From NCBI GenBank assembly GCA_963700985.1, contig OY969554.1, forward strand, positions 128,001-192,000: DNA of 64,000 bases, in the 5' to 3' direction. Shown here one piece after another: positions 49,601-58,888 of the stretch (position 1 is the stretch's first letter; each line of letters starts with the position of its first letter). The translations under genes were made by a program, and so were the position numbers. This stretch comes from an uncultured Chlamydiales bacterium. GTDB lineage: Bacteria; Chlamydiota; Chlamydiia; Chlamydiales; Rhabdochlamydiaceae. The notes under the pieces are model-generated. The model saw nothing but the letters and a program-made list of their open reading frames with translations, was not told the DNA's origin and ran no database searches.

Positions 49601-50634
49601 TCCTCCATTCTAGGAGGCTATTTAAAAGCTATCTTCGAGTCCAGCCCAACTCAGTGGGAAGAGCTTGTTTTTGGGCTAATTAGTGATATCACCTTCTGTA
49701 AATTAATTGGGATGTTCATTCGAGATTCTGGTTTTACAGACACCTCTATTGAACAACTACTCAGTGAGTATGATGCAGGGAAGCTTGACATAGATAGTCT
49801 TCTTTGTTTTCACCATTCTCAAGGATTAAAATCTTTGAAGTTAGTAAATATTCAAAAGCTTGCTGAACGGTTCGAAAAAGCAGGCAAAATTCTCAATGCT
49901 TTGGAACATTTGGAAGACATATATGTAATAAAAGAGCTCCGAAAAAACTCCCTAAGATCTCACAATGGGCTCCTAAAGGCCATCAATGTCTCACCTCCTT
50001 GTCATTCAATACATGAGTATCATTGGAATATTCTGGCTGAACAATTTATATCTCAATTTCCTAAGAGGAATGCGAGGTATTTCAAGCGGTTCTTGATAAA
50101 TCTTCTAAAGACATTGGATGCTTTCATTCCGATAATTCAATTTTAAGATTATCCAAGGAATTATCGCCTCTTGCCCCGAACAATGCTGGTCTATGATTGC
50201 TTCAAAGCTTGATACACTAAAAGAAATTGAAATATTCAGATTCACTCATTGGTTCAACTCTAGCGGCCTTCATCTGACACTATTTCCTCCGAAAGTTATC
50301 CTTGATTGGATTGCAGAAGCACCAACTAATCGAGCAGTTTCTATTGCGGGCATAGTTCCTCCTTTGCCAACTGAGGAATCTGCAGGTTTTCGTGCGTGAG
50401 CTACTAAATAGGTATGGGGATCAAGAGCAGGTTCAAGACGTACTTTTATCGAATTTCTTTTCCGGTAGTTGGGTAGGGCTCGAAAGTGCATATTTTCAGA
50501 GTAAGCACGAACTTGCGCATGAATGGCTTAAAAAGGAAACTTCAATGCGAGTACGAAGATGGTTGGAAAAATACGTTGCTGTTCTCTCAGAACATGTTAA
50601 AGGAGCAAAAATTAGAGAAGAACGTGAATTTTAG
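46688..50634 (+). CDS. XRE-HTH + PD-(D/E)XK nuclease + STAND-like NTPase + helical-repeat protein (Avs-like); 3' third frameshifted
   Basis: LTQDEFAKELGVSKITIVRWESG (HTH); DGGIDA...FQIK (nuclease); GDSGVGKT Walker A and ILVLDNC Walker B; coding continues in shifted frames from ~49270 to TAG 50634. Confidence 0.75.
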
Positions 50635-50643
50635 ACGGATTTT

Positions 50644-52125
50644 TTAGTTAAGCGATATTGATACGTTCTTAAAATTCGCAAGAGCTGCTTCTAGATTTTC
50701 AATAATCTCAGATGCCAGTATTTCCGGATCGGGGAGATTGTCGAGATCGGTCAGGCTTTTATCTTTAAGCCAAAAAATATCCAAGCTGGTTTTGTCTCGG
50801 ACGATCAACTCTTCATAGGTGTATTTGCGCCAACGCCCTTCTGGGTTAGTCTCAGGATCCCACGACTCTTTGCGAACATGACGATTTTGTGGGTTGTAGC
50901 ATTGAATGAAGTCTTGTAGATCGCTAAAACGCATTGGCTGCTTCTTCAGCGTGTGGTGGATGTTCGTTCGATAATCATAGTACCAAACCTCTTTTGACCA
51001 ATGAGACGGGCTGGCTTCGCGGTTGTCAAAGAAGAGCACATTAGCTTTGACTCCATTTGCGTAAAAAATACCAGTGGGTAAACGCAAAATGGTATGCAAG
51101 TCGGTATTCTCTAGAAGCTTTCTCCGAATGATTTCCCCTGCACCACCCTCAAAAAGGACGTTATCAGGCACTACAACAGCGGTACGCCCTGTTGTTTTGA
51201 GCATCGTCCGAATGTGCTGCACAAAATTGAGCTGTTTATTGGAGGTCGTTGCCCAAAAGTCCTGGCGGTTGTAGGTTAAATCATCTCTCTCTTGCTCTCC
51301 TTCATCATTGGTAAAGCTCATACTGCTCTTTTTTCCAAAGGGAGGATTGGCAAGGACATAGTCAAATCGCTGTCCGCTATCCGCAATTAGAGCGTCATTC
51401 GGAGAAACTGGGGTGTCGCCGTCAATTTCACCAATGTTATGGAGGAACATATTCATGAGGCAAAGACGGCGTGTGTTTGCGACGATTTCATTCCCGTAGA
51501 AAGTTTCTCGCTTTAAAAAGGCTTTTTGACTCTTATCTATTTGAGTCTTATTCGAATTGATGATGAAATCATAGGCAGCAAGAAAAAATCCTCCCGTTCC
51601 GCAAGCGGGATCTGCAATCGTCTTGCCAGGCTCGGGGCGGATACATTCCACCATGGCTTTGATAAGCGCGCGAGGGGTGAAGTACTGTCCTGCTCCTGAT
51701 TTCGTATCTTCTGCGTTCTTCTCTAATAGGCTTTCGTAGATATCTCCCTTGATATCAGCCTCCATGACTACCCACTCAATTTCATCGACCATGTTGATGA
51801 GGCGATATAATTTGGCAGGATCTTGGATTTTATTCTGCGCCTTGGTGAAGATCTGGCCAAGCATGCCTTTTTTAGATCCTAGCTCTCGTAATACAGTAAG
51901 GTAATGTGTTTCTAGCTCTGCACCTTTTTTTGATTTAAGGGTTTGCCAACTATAGAGCTCTGGGATTCCTACATTTCTACTGTAGGGTGGCCTAGAGTAT
52001 TCGTCAGCCATTTTAAGAAAGATGAGATAAGTTAGTTGCTCAAGATAATCGCCATAGCTGACGCCATCATCGCGTAAAGTAGTGCAGAAGCTCCAAACTT
52101 TGGATACGATTGATGCTGTGTTCAT
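50644..52125 (-). CDS. hsdM: Type I restriction-modification methyltransferase (m6A)
   Basis: GQYFTPR, DPACGTGGF, NPPF, VVPDNVLF, LRLPTGIFY. Confidence 0.96.
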   Translation of the reverse strand: MNTASIVSKVWSFCTTLRDDGVSYGDYLEQLTYLIFLKMADEYSRPPYSRNVGIPELYSWQTLKSKKGAELETHYLTVLRELGSKKGMLGQIFTKAQNKIQDPAKLYRLINMVDEIEWVVMEADIKGDIYESLLEKNAEDTKSGAGQYFTPRALIKAMVECIRPEPGKTIADPACGTGGFFLAAYDFIINSNKTQIDKSQKAFLKRETFYGNEIVANTRRLCLMNMFLHNIGEIDGDTPVSPNDALIADSGQRFDYVLANPPFGKKSSMSFTNDEGEQERDDLTYNRQDFWATTSNKQLNFVQHIRTMLKTTGRTAVVVPDNVLFEGGAGEIIRRKLLENTDLHTILRLPTGIFYANGVKANVLFFDNREASPSHWSKEVWYYDYRTNIHHTLKKQPMRFSDLQDFIQCYNPQNRHVRKESWDPETNPEGRWRKYTYEELIVRDKTSLDIFWLKDKSLTDLDNLPDPEILASEIIENLEAALANFKNVSISLN

Positions 52126-53617
52126 ACGGCGACCTTTTGGAGTTGTTTGGATTGCTTCTTTTTGGGTTGTTTAGTTTCTTTTTCAGCCTTAATGTGTTCT
52201 AAAAGAGTGTTGGCAGGTTCATCATGGGTATCTTGAGAAACCAATTCTCCTGAAAAAGCTTTTTTTAGGATAGACTGACGAAGAGAATTGCTTCGTTTAA
52301 ATTCTATTTCAAAAGTTTTCTCCAAATGCGAGATCATAGATTGTACACTATCTATGATTCTAACAATTTCTAATGTTCTGCGTACGATGGCAATGGAACA
52401 GGAAAAGCGCGAAGCTTATTTAAACTAATCGAAGCTAGATTTGTAGTTTGCTTTCCTTCGCGGAGGAAGTAGCTTTACCAAAGACGCCGCTGTAATATGA
52501 AAGAAACTTTGAGTTGACCTCTTGGGTGTATGGACGAGCTCTAAATATATGGTTTTGATGGATGCAATACTCAATTTGACCATCCCAAACCCATCCTCTA
52601 CCTAATTTATCTCGATCCCCGCCTTCAGTGAAAAGAACATCGCCCACTTTTAATAGTAATTGATCTGCTTTTTCTTGATTAGTTTTAATTAATTTAATAT
52701 GCTTAAAATCCAAATATCCATCTTGAACATTAGCAACTCTCAAATAAGGAACTTCAATAGGGTTTGATATCTCCGTTTCTTTCTTCGCATCAACAGTTAG
52801 TCCACCCCTGATTTCACATAACGCGCCTAGCGTTGTATAGAGCCATTCCTTAGGTAATGCTGGCAAGCCTGTTAAATTCAGGTTTTCAGGCTCTTTGTAA
52901 TTCTCAGGAATTTTCGATCGCTGCCTTCTTTCTTCAAAAATATGCTGCAATAATTGCTTACTGTCATCAATGCAGAGCTCTTGTCCTTCACGCCATTTTT
53001 CAGTAAGTTTTCCTTCGAAAGCATTCTTGAGAATTGATTGGCGATATGCTTTTAGGAGTTCCTGCGCTTTCAGTAAATTTTCTATGCCCTTATCGATTTC
53101 AGAGAAAAGCTCTTCGATTTTGGCGACAATGCGTTTTTGCTCTTCGAAGGGAGGTAAAAAGATATTAACATATTCAGAAAATTTTTGGTAATTCCGCCCT
53201 GAGCGGCTCCTCGGAAATCTTGTAGATCTGTTTTTTTCCTGTCGAGAAAGTTGATAGAAAATCCATTTTGCTTCTATACATTTTGGAATTTTAAGACGGA
53301 AAGATGTTCGTGATAGTCGCAGTTTATAGGGGAATTGATTTGCTACAAAGGATGTTCTGCCCGTTGTGGCTCCGTCTTTAACAACTAAATGTCGTTGCGT
53401 TCAATTAATCCTGAAGTCATCTTCTGAAGGAATTCAAGTGGTATAAATCGAATTTTAGAAAAATCGAATCTTCCATCCAAACTTAAGTGCTTCCACCTAG
53501 GCTTGGAATCCGTTGGTCATAATGATCCACGCCACCTTTGGGCCTCTTTCCGGATTCAAGAGATAGTGAATCTCACTGAGTTTACATTCGATCCAGATTA
53601 TTACGATAATTTGTCAT
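52122..53617 (-). pseudogene. hsdS: Type I R-M specificity subunit with many frameshifts
   Basis: LPPFEEQKRIVAKIEELFS...RQSILKNAFEGKL, LPKEW, PYLRVANVQDG, LRQSILKKAFSGELVSQD across several frames. Confidence 0.88.
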
Positions 53618-53619
53618 CC

Positions 53620-56452
53620 TAAATGCCAATACCTCGTTAAGCTCAAGTATCAAACCTTCAAATTTTTCCCAAAAAGCTGATACATTTTCCCTAAGCCTCC
53701 TTTGGAATCAAAAGGGGCCATATCAAGGTCTGTCTTATCCATATGGAAAGAACTGATAATATGATCGCGAATCATTCTTAGCCAAGCCATTTGTTCTTCA
53801 TTGAACTTTTCGCCGTCGCCACTATGTCTCCTCATAATCCAGTTTTGGAAGTTGTGCCGTATTGTTTCAGAATATTCAGACATTTTTTTGTCGATTCCGC
53901 AAGCGCGACGTATAAGGGCAACTAAAGCAGTGAGTTCGTTAATCGGTTGGGCACCTTTGTATTCTTCTAGTTGAGCATAAGCCATCCATACGCGTAATGG
54001 GGCTAGCGTTAATCGGTTGGGCGCCTTTATATTCTTCAAGTTGGGCATAAGCCATCCATACACGTAATGGGGCAAGTTTTGGCTTATCTTGGCGTAGTTT
54101 GTCCAAGACTTGGCGAATCATGTCATAGGTGATTTCTCGTCGTCTTTGAGGTTGGCTGTAAAATATGCTAAGAGCTTCAATCTCATCTCGATGAATTTCC
54201 AGATATTCTTGGAACTCTTTTACCAGATTTTGAGCATTCTCTTTGGCGTCTCCATCCCACTCTGCACGTAGAATGGCATCCAGATTATCATGGTCGATCG
54301 TCTGCTCCTTATCTCGGCGAATATTCTCTAAGAGTTCAACCATTTCTCCATTTAGGACATTAGCTGCTTCGCCTACAAGAATCTCTTGAGCTCGCAAGCA
54401 GTCTGCATCGCTTGGTGAAGTGGCGGTTCCAACTGGTTGCATGTCATGAGCTTTCTTTTCGATCTTGTCGGGGTCTATGGCAGCCAGGAGATTGCCTATG
54501 ATAGTGCTTAGCTCAATGCCGCCTGACTGTTCTTTAATTCGCTGAAGATCCTTTTCCTCGAGCTGCTTATTTAGACGTGCCAACCTGCCAGCTAGCGAGC
54601 TGACTGTGTCCTCATCCCTCGCTCCCATCATGATGCTCATTGCTAAATCTTTTAATGGCACTGAAGGTTTGGTAATTAAAGGCTGGCTCGCAGTTTTTAG
54701 AGATTTGGTAACTCCAATGGCATCGACGATCACATAATGCGTTTTCGCACTGGTTGCAGAGGGGGTCACTTTCTTTAATTCGTCATGGCCAAATGTGCGT
54801 GTCCCACGTCCCTTCATCTGCTCGAAGTAGTTATGACTCTTTACGTCTCTCATGAATAATAAACATTCGAGGGGCTTCACGTCTGTGCCAGTAGCGATCA
54901 TGTCTACAGTGACCGCAATCCGAGGGTAGTAATCATTTCTAAATTGAGCGAGGACTGATTTTGGATCTTCTTCATTCTTGTAAGTGACTTTTTTGCAAAA
55001 TTCATTTCCCATCCCAAATTCTTCTCGGACAGTTTGAATGATGTCGTCGGCATGACTGTCAGTTTTTGCAAAGATCAGTGTTTTTGGCACTTCCTTTCGC
55101 CCAGGGAAAATATCCGGTAAACTATCTCTAAAGGCACGCAATACGGTCCTGATCTGGTCTGGATTTACGATGTCGCGGTCTAACTGCTTAACAGTATAGG
55201 ACTCATCTTCATCTTGTTGTTCCCATCTTTTCTTGCGGGTCAGACGCTCTCTTTTCTGAACTGGTTGATTGGCCTTGATGGTGCCACCGAATTTTGTTCT
55301 TTCAGTTTCTATGACATAGATCTCATTTCCGACATTCACTCCATCGGCAACGGCTGTTTCGTGGCTGTATTCACTGACGACATTTTTCTTGAAAAAGCCA
55401 TAGGTGCGGTTATCTGGGGTCGCTGTCAGGCCGATAAGATAGCCGTCAAAATAATCGAGAACTTGTTGCCATAGATTATAAATTGAACGATGGCACTCAT
55501 CGATAAAAATGAAGTCAAAAAACTCGATGGGAATTTTGCCGTTGTAAACAACTGGGATTGGTTTTTTTACCTGAGCTATTTCGGCAGGATTGATCTCTTC
55601 AGCAGATTCATCTAAGGACTGTTCTTTTAGTATGGAATACATACGCTGGATAGTGCAAATGCAGACTTGGCTATCTCTAGCAATGGAGGACGATTTTAGC
55701 CTCTGCACGTTATAGAGTTCTGTAAACTTGCGATTGTCATCGTTAGGGATGAAAGACATGAATTCTTGCTCGGCCTGCTCTCCTAAGTTTTTGGTGTCTA
55801 CCAAAAATAGGATTCGCTTTGCATTCGCATGCTTTAGAAGGCGATAGATGGTGGTAATCGCTGTAAATGTTTTGCCTGCTCCAGTGGCCATTTGGATAAG
55901 AGCGCGAGGGCGGTCATCTTTGAATGACTGTTCAAGATTTTTAATGGCGGTGATTTGACAATCTCTTAATCCTTCTTCGGTAAGGAGAGGAATTTGCTGG
56001 AGTCGGCCTCGGATCGAGTTTTTTTGAAGAAGCCATTCGTTTAAAGTTTCGGGGCGGTGAAAGTTGAATACTTCGCGTGATCTTGGTTTTGGGTCTCTTC
56101 CATCAGTAAAGCGTGTAATTACCCCTGTGCTCTCGTAGATGAAGGGTAAGGATTCATTGTTATTCACCCATTTCAGCTTAGCAGTAGCATATTCGCTAGA
56201 TTGTTCCTCGACGGTTGTAATGCGGTGTCCCCAGTCTTCGGGTTTCGCCTCGATCACTCCTACAGCTGTTTTATCAATAAATAGAACATAGTCAGCGGGA
56301 CCAACATCTGTTTGATATTCGCGGACTGCGATACCAAGACCTGCATTCGGATCGAATTTTTTGATTGATTGAACGATCCATCCTGCTTGTGCAAGGAGGG
56401 CATCTATTTTATCACGAGCGATTTGTTCTGGATTTTGATTTCTGTAGCTCAT
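53620..56452 (-). CDS. hsdR: Type I restriction endonuclease subunit R (EcoEI/type IB-like); C-terminus disrupted by a 70-bp duplication
   Basis: ADY.L...IEAK, MATGAGKT, DECHRS, GLTATP, TGTD, QMKGRGTR; start ATG 56452; 3' end approximate. Confidence 0.92.
53937..54076. repeat. Imperfect 70-bp tandem duplication in hsdR
   Basis: 53937-54006 and 54007-54076 differ at 6 positions; both encode LAPLRVWMAYAQLEEYKGAQPIN. Confidence 0.95.
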
Positions 56453-57189
56453 GCCAGGAGTGCCCCTAATTCTGTTTGGGTAGCAATTCGATAGCTGCAG
56501 AGGGAACATGTGGCATGAGAGGATGGAGGCTGGGAAGCGGTTAGCACAGCTTGAATCTCAAGTAATTTAGGCTCAATCCAACTATCATCGCCAAGATAAG
56601 GGATGACCGAGATCTCGAATTTTAGACATTCGTCAAATGCAGGGACGTCCTTCTTGCCATTGCAGTAAACAAAATAGCCTGTCGGGGAAACTGAGAATCC
56701 GTTTTTTCTGAATAGCCATTGGTAAATTTCCATTTGCCTTTTGTAGCTAATTTGCCAGTCTGCATCTAAGTTGATTTCTCCAGCTTTACTGGTCGCCTTA
56801 TAGTCCACAATGATCAGTTCTCCAGAAGGAGTGATCCAAACGTCATCAATGGCTCCTGCCACTAAAAATCGAGTCGGTTCGTGTAAGTAGGAAATGCCCT
56901 TCAGATTTTTTCGCCATTCATCAAGTTTTTCATGTTGAAAAGGGATTGCATCAATTTTATGTTTGATCATCAGCGGATGGGCTTCGCCTTTTGCTCGGTA
57001 GAAATCGAATTCTTTTTTCAAGAGATGGTCAACAGCAGAGTTGAGATTGAACGGAAATCCTCCAGGTTGCGCAACTCCAAGTTTGCGATCGAGGTAGAAG
57101 CAAAAGGGACATTCACAAAAAAGCTCGATCTTTGATCGGCTTAATTTGAATGGTTTTGTGTCTTGTGGATCAAAGCCCTTTCTTTTCAT
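56449..57189 (-). CDS. PD-(D/E)XK nuclease (RecB/Cas4-like)
   Basis: LSRSKIELF.ECPFC, GAIDD, IVDYKAT, QMEIY, C-terminal CSLC; ATGA overlap with hsdR. Confidence 0.88.
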   Translation of the reverse strand: MKRKGFDPQDTKPFKLSRSKIELFCECPFCFYLDRKLGVAQPGGFPFNLNSAVDHLLKKEFDFYRAKGEAHPLMIKHKIDAIPFQHEKLDEWRKNLKGISYLHEPTRFLVAGAIDDVWITPSGELIIVDYKATSKAGEINLDADWQISYKRQMEIYQWLFRKNGFSVSPTGYFVYCNGKKDVPAFDECLKFEISVIPYLGDDSWIEPKLLEIQAVLTASQPPSSHATCSLCSYRIATQTELGALLA

Positions 57190-57428
57190 CTTTTCCGTTT
57201 TAAGTTGTTGATTTAACGTATAATAAGATAGCAGAATTGCAAATAATGCGATATATTGATTTAACGACAGTTAAACTATTTTATTTGATTTTGATTTGTT
57301 TGTTGTTTTAATGGAGGCGGTCAGAATAAAGAAATTTTTTAGGGCATTCTAAATCAATGCGTAAAGGTTTGTCTCTTCGTCAAAGAATTTTTGATTTTTG
57401 GAGTGCTTCCTTTCTGCTGAATGCTATT

Positions 57429-58496
57429 TTATTTTTTACTACTGAACAATTTCTCATTTAGACCCACAGCTGCTGAATAGATATGTGCATTGGAGAGATG
57501 GGCGTACCGCTTGGTCATTTGGACGGTTTTGTGGCCCAGCAGAGTTCCGATCTCTAGCAGACTCGCTTGATTCATGGCCAAGTAGGAAGCGGCTGTATGG
57601 CGAAGGTCGTGAAAGCGGAAGTTGAAAATATTGGCTTTGCTTAGAGCGGTTTCCCAAGCAGAGCGGATGTCGATAGGTTTACATGGAGCATGTGGAGCAG
57701 GAAATACTAGAGAGTTAACGGCTTGATTGGCGTATTTTGAACGCAAAAGATCTAGAGCTGTTCCGACAAGAGGGATAAAACGCCGCTCACCATTCTTTGT
57801 AATTTGTAAAAGGATCGAACCTCGAGCCAGATCGATATCGCTCCATTTGAGATTCATGATTTCTCCTCTCCTCATGCCTGTTGAAAGAGCTAGTATAACA
57901 ATTGGGTAGAGTCCTTTTGATTCGCTTTCTCGGCAGGCAGATAGCAGTCTTTCCTTTTCATCATCGTTGAGAAAGCGAGTTCTGCCATTTGAGATTTTCG
58001 GTTTTGAGATTTTCATGATGGGATTTTCCTGGATCCATTCCCAATCCTTAACCGCGATAGCAAAGGCATGAGACAAACTGGCAAGGTAGCGAACTACGGT
58101 TGTGGAAGAACGGATTGTGCCTTTATAAGTCAGCCCTGAAAGCAGCTCATCCCGTTTTTGTGCGATGAGGCTTGGCTTGATATCTGAAAGGAGGCAATGT
58201 CCCAGTTCCTGTTTCCACCAGAGAAGATGTTGGCGGACGTTTCTTGCATTCTTTGGCTTTGATGGAAGAACTCTTTCGATATAGCGGTCGATCAGCTCCG
58301 CTAAAGTATTTTTGCTGCCAGGTTTGTCATATGCATATTTGCCTTGTTCAACAGCTGATTCAGTATCGCGTTTCCATTTCATGGCGAGAGTTTTGGAGGC
58401 GAATGATTGGATGAGGACCGGATGTCCTTTGATTCGAACGCGGGCGCGGTAGGAAACCGTCCCGTTTTTATGGGTGCGTTTATCGATGCCTTTCAC
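57429..58496 (-). CDS. Tyrosine integrase adjacent to the tRNA att site
   Basis: TGMRRGE, TKNG, FHDLRH, LGHKTVQMTKRY; N-terminal arm-binding-like YRARVRIKG; GTG start. Confidence 0.95.
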   Translation of the reverse strand: MKGIDKRTHKNGTVSYRARVRIKGHPVLIQSFASKTLAMKWKRDTESAVEQGKYAYDKPGSKNTLAELIDRYIERVLPSKPKNARNVRQHLLWWKQELGHCLLSDIKPSLIAQKRDELLSGLTYKGTIRSSTTVVRYLASLSHAFAIAVKDWEWIQENPIMKISKPKISNGRTRFLNDDEKERLLSACRESESKGLYPIVILALSTGMRRGEIMNLKWSDIDLARGSILLQITKNGERRFIPLVGTALDLLRSKYANQAVNSLVFPAPHAPCKPIDIRSAWETALSKANIFNFRFHDLRHTAASYLAMNQASLLEIGTLLGHKTVQMTKRYAHLSNAHIYSAAVGLNEKLFSSKK

Positions 58497-58561
58497 AAGC
58501 TTACCTTTGTTTTAGATTTTCAAAGGTTAGCTGCTGGGCTTATCGCCAATTGTTGTAGGCG

Positions 58562-58585
58562 AGTGGTCCATAAGTGGTCCACGGA
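58562..58585. repeat. Integrase arm-type site pair (tandem TGGTCCA), tRNA-proximal end
   Basis: AGTGGTCCATAAGTGGTCCACGGA matches 40542-40565. Confidence 0.75.
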
Positions 58586-58665
58586 TGTGAACCGCGCTTT
58601 GAGGCTGATTTGGGTGCTTTATCGCAACCAGCTCAGTTTCAGCCTTATGAAGGCAAAAAGAAATG

Positions 58666-58738
58666 TGGGGCAACCTGGATTTGAACCAGGGACCGACGGA
58701 TTATGAGTCCGCTGCTCTAACCGCTGAGCTATTGCCCC
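58666..58738 (-). tRNA. tRNA with CAT anticodon, elongator type (probably Ile2, possibly Met)
   Basis: GGGGCAA-TA-GCTC..GAGC-A-GCGGA-CTCATAA-TCCGT-CGGTC-CCTGG-TTCAAAT-CCAGG-TTGCCCC-A cloverleaf; paired 1:72 and no triple G-C anticodon stem, so not initiator; CCA not encoded. Confidence 0.95.
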
Positions 58739-58888
58739 AAGGGTGGGTTTGAAAAAACAAAAACATCTTAGCGCAGACGGAATTTGTGTGCTCGGAGAAA
58801 TTGCAGATGTGTTTTCTCTTTGCGGCAAAACGCTACATTTGTTTATACACATACATTTATTTTAAGACATTTCTGCGAGTTCACTTTG

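Larger units (their letters stand above)
40381..58712. mobile_element. tRNA(CAT)-integrated genomic island / satellite-like element (~18.3 kb) with defence cargo
   Basis: 55-bp direct repeats 40381-40435 and 58658-58712 (3' part of the tRNA, 1 mismatch); tyrosine integrase next to the tRNA; shared arm motifs at both ends; xis- and rep-like genes. Confidence 0.93.

Noticed and set aside
53937-54076. DGR template/variable repeat pair
   Set aside because: Mismatches are not adenine-specific in one copy, all are synonymous, and there is no reverse transcriptase in the window.
56449-57189. cas4 of a CRISPR-Cas locus
   Set aside because: No cas1/cas2 or array in the window, and the gene is coupled to hsdR.
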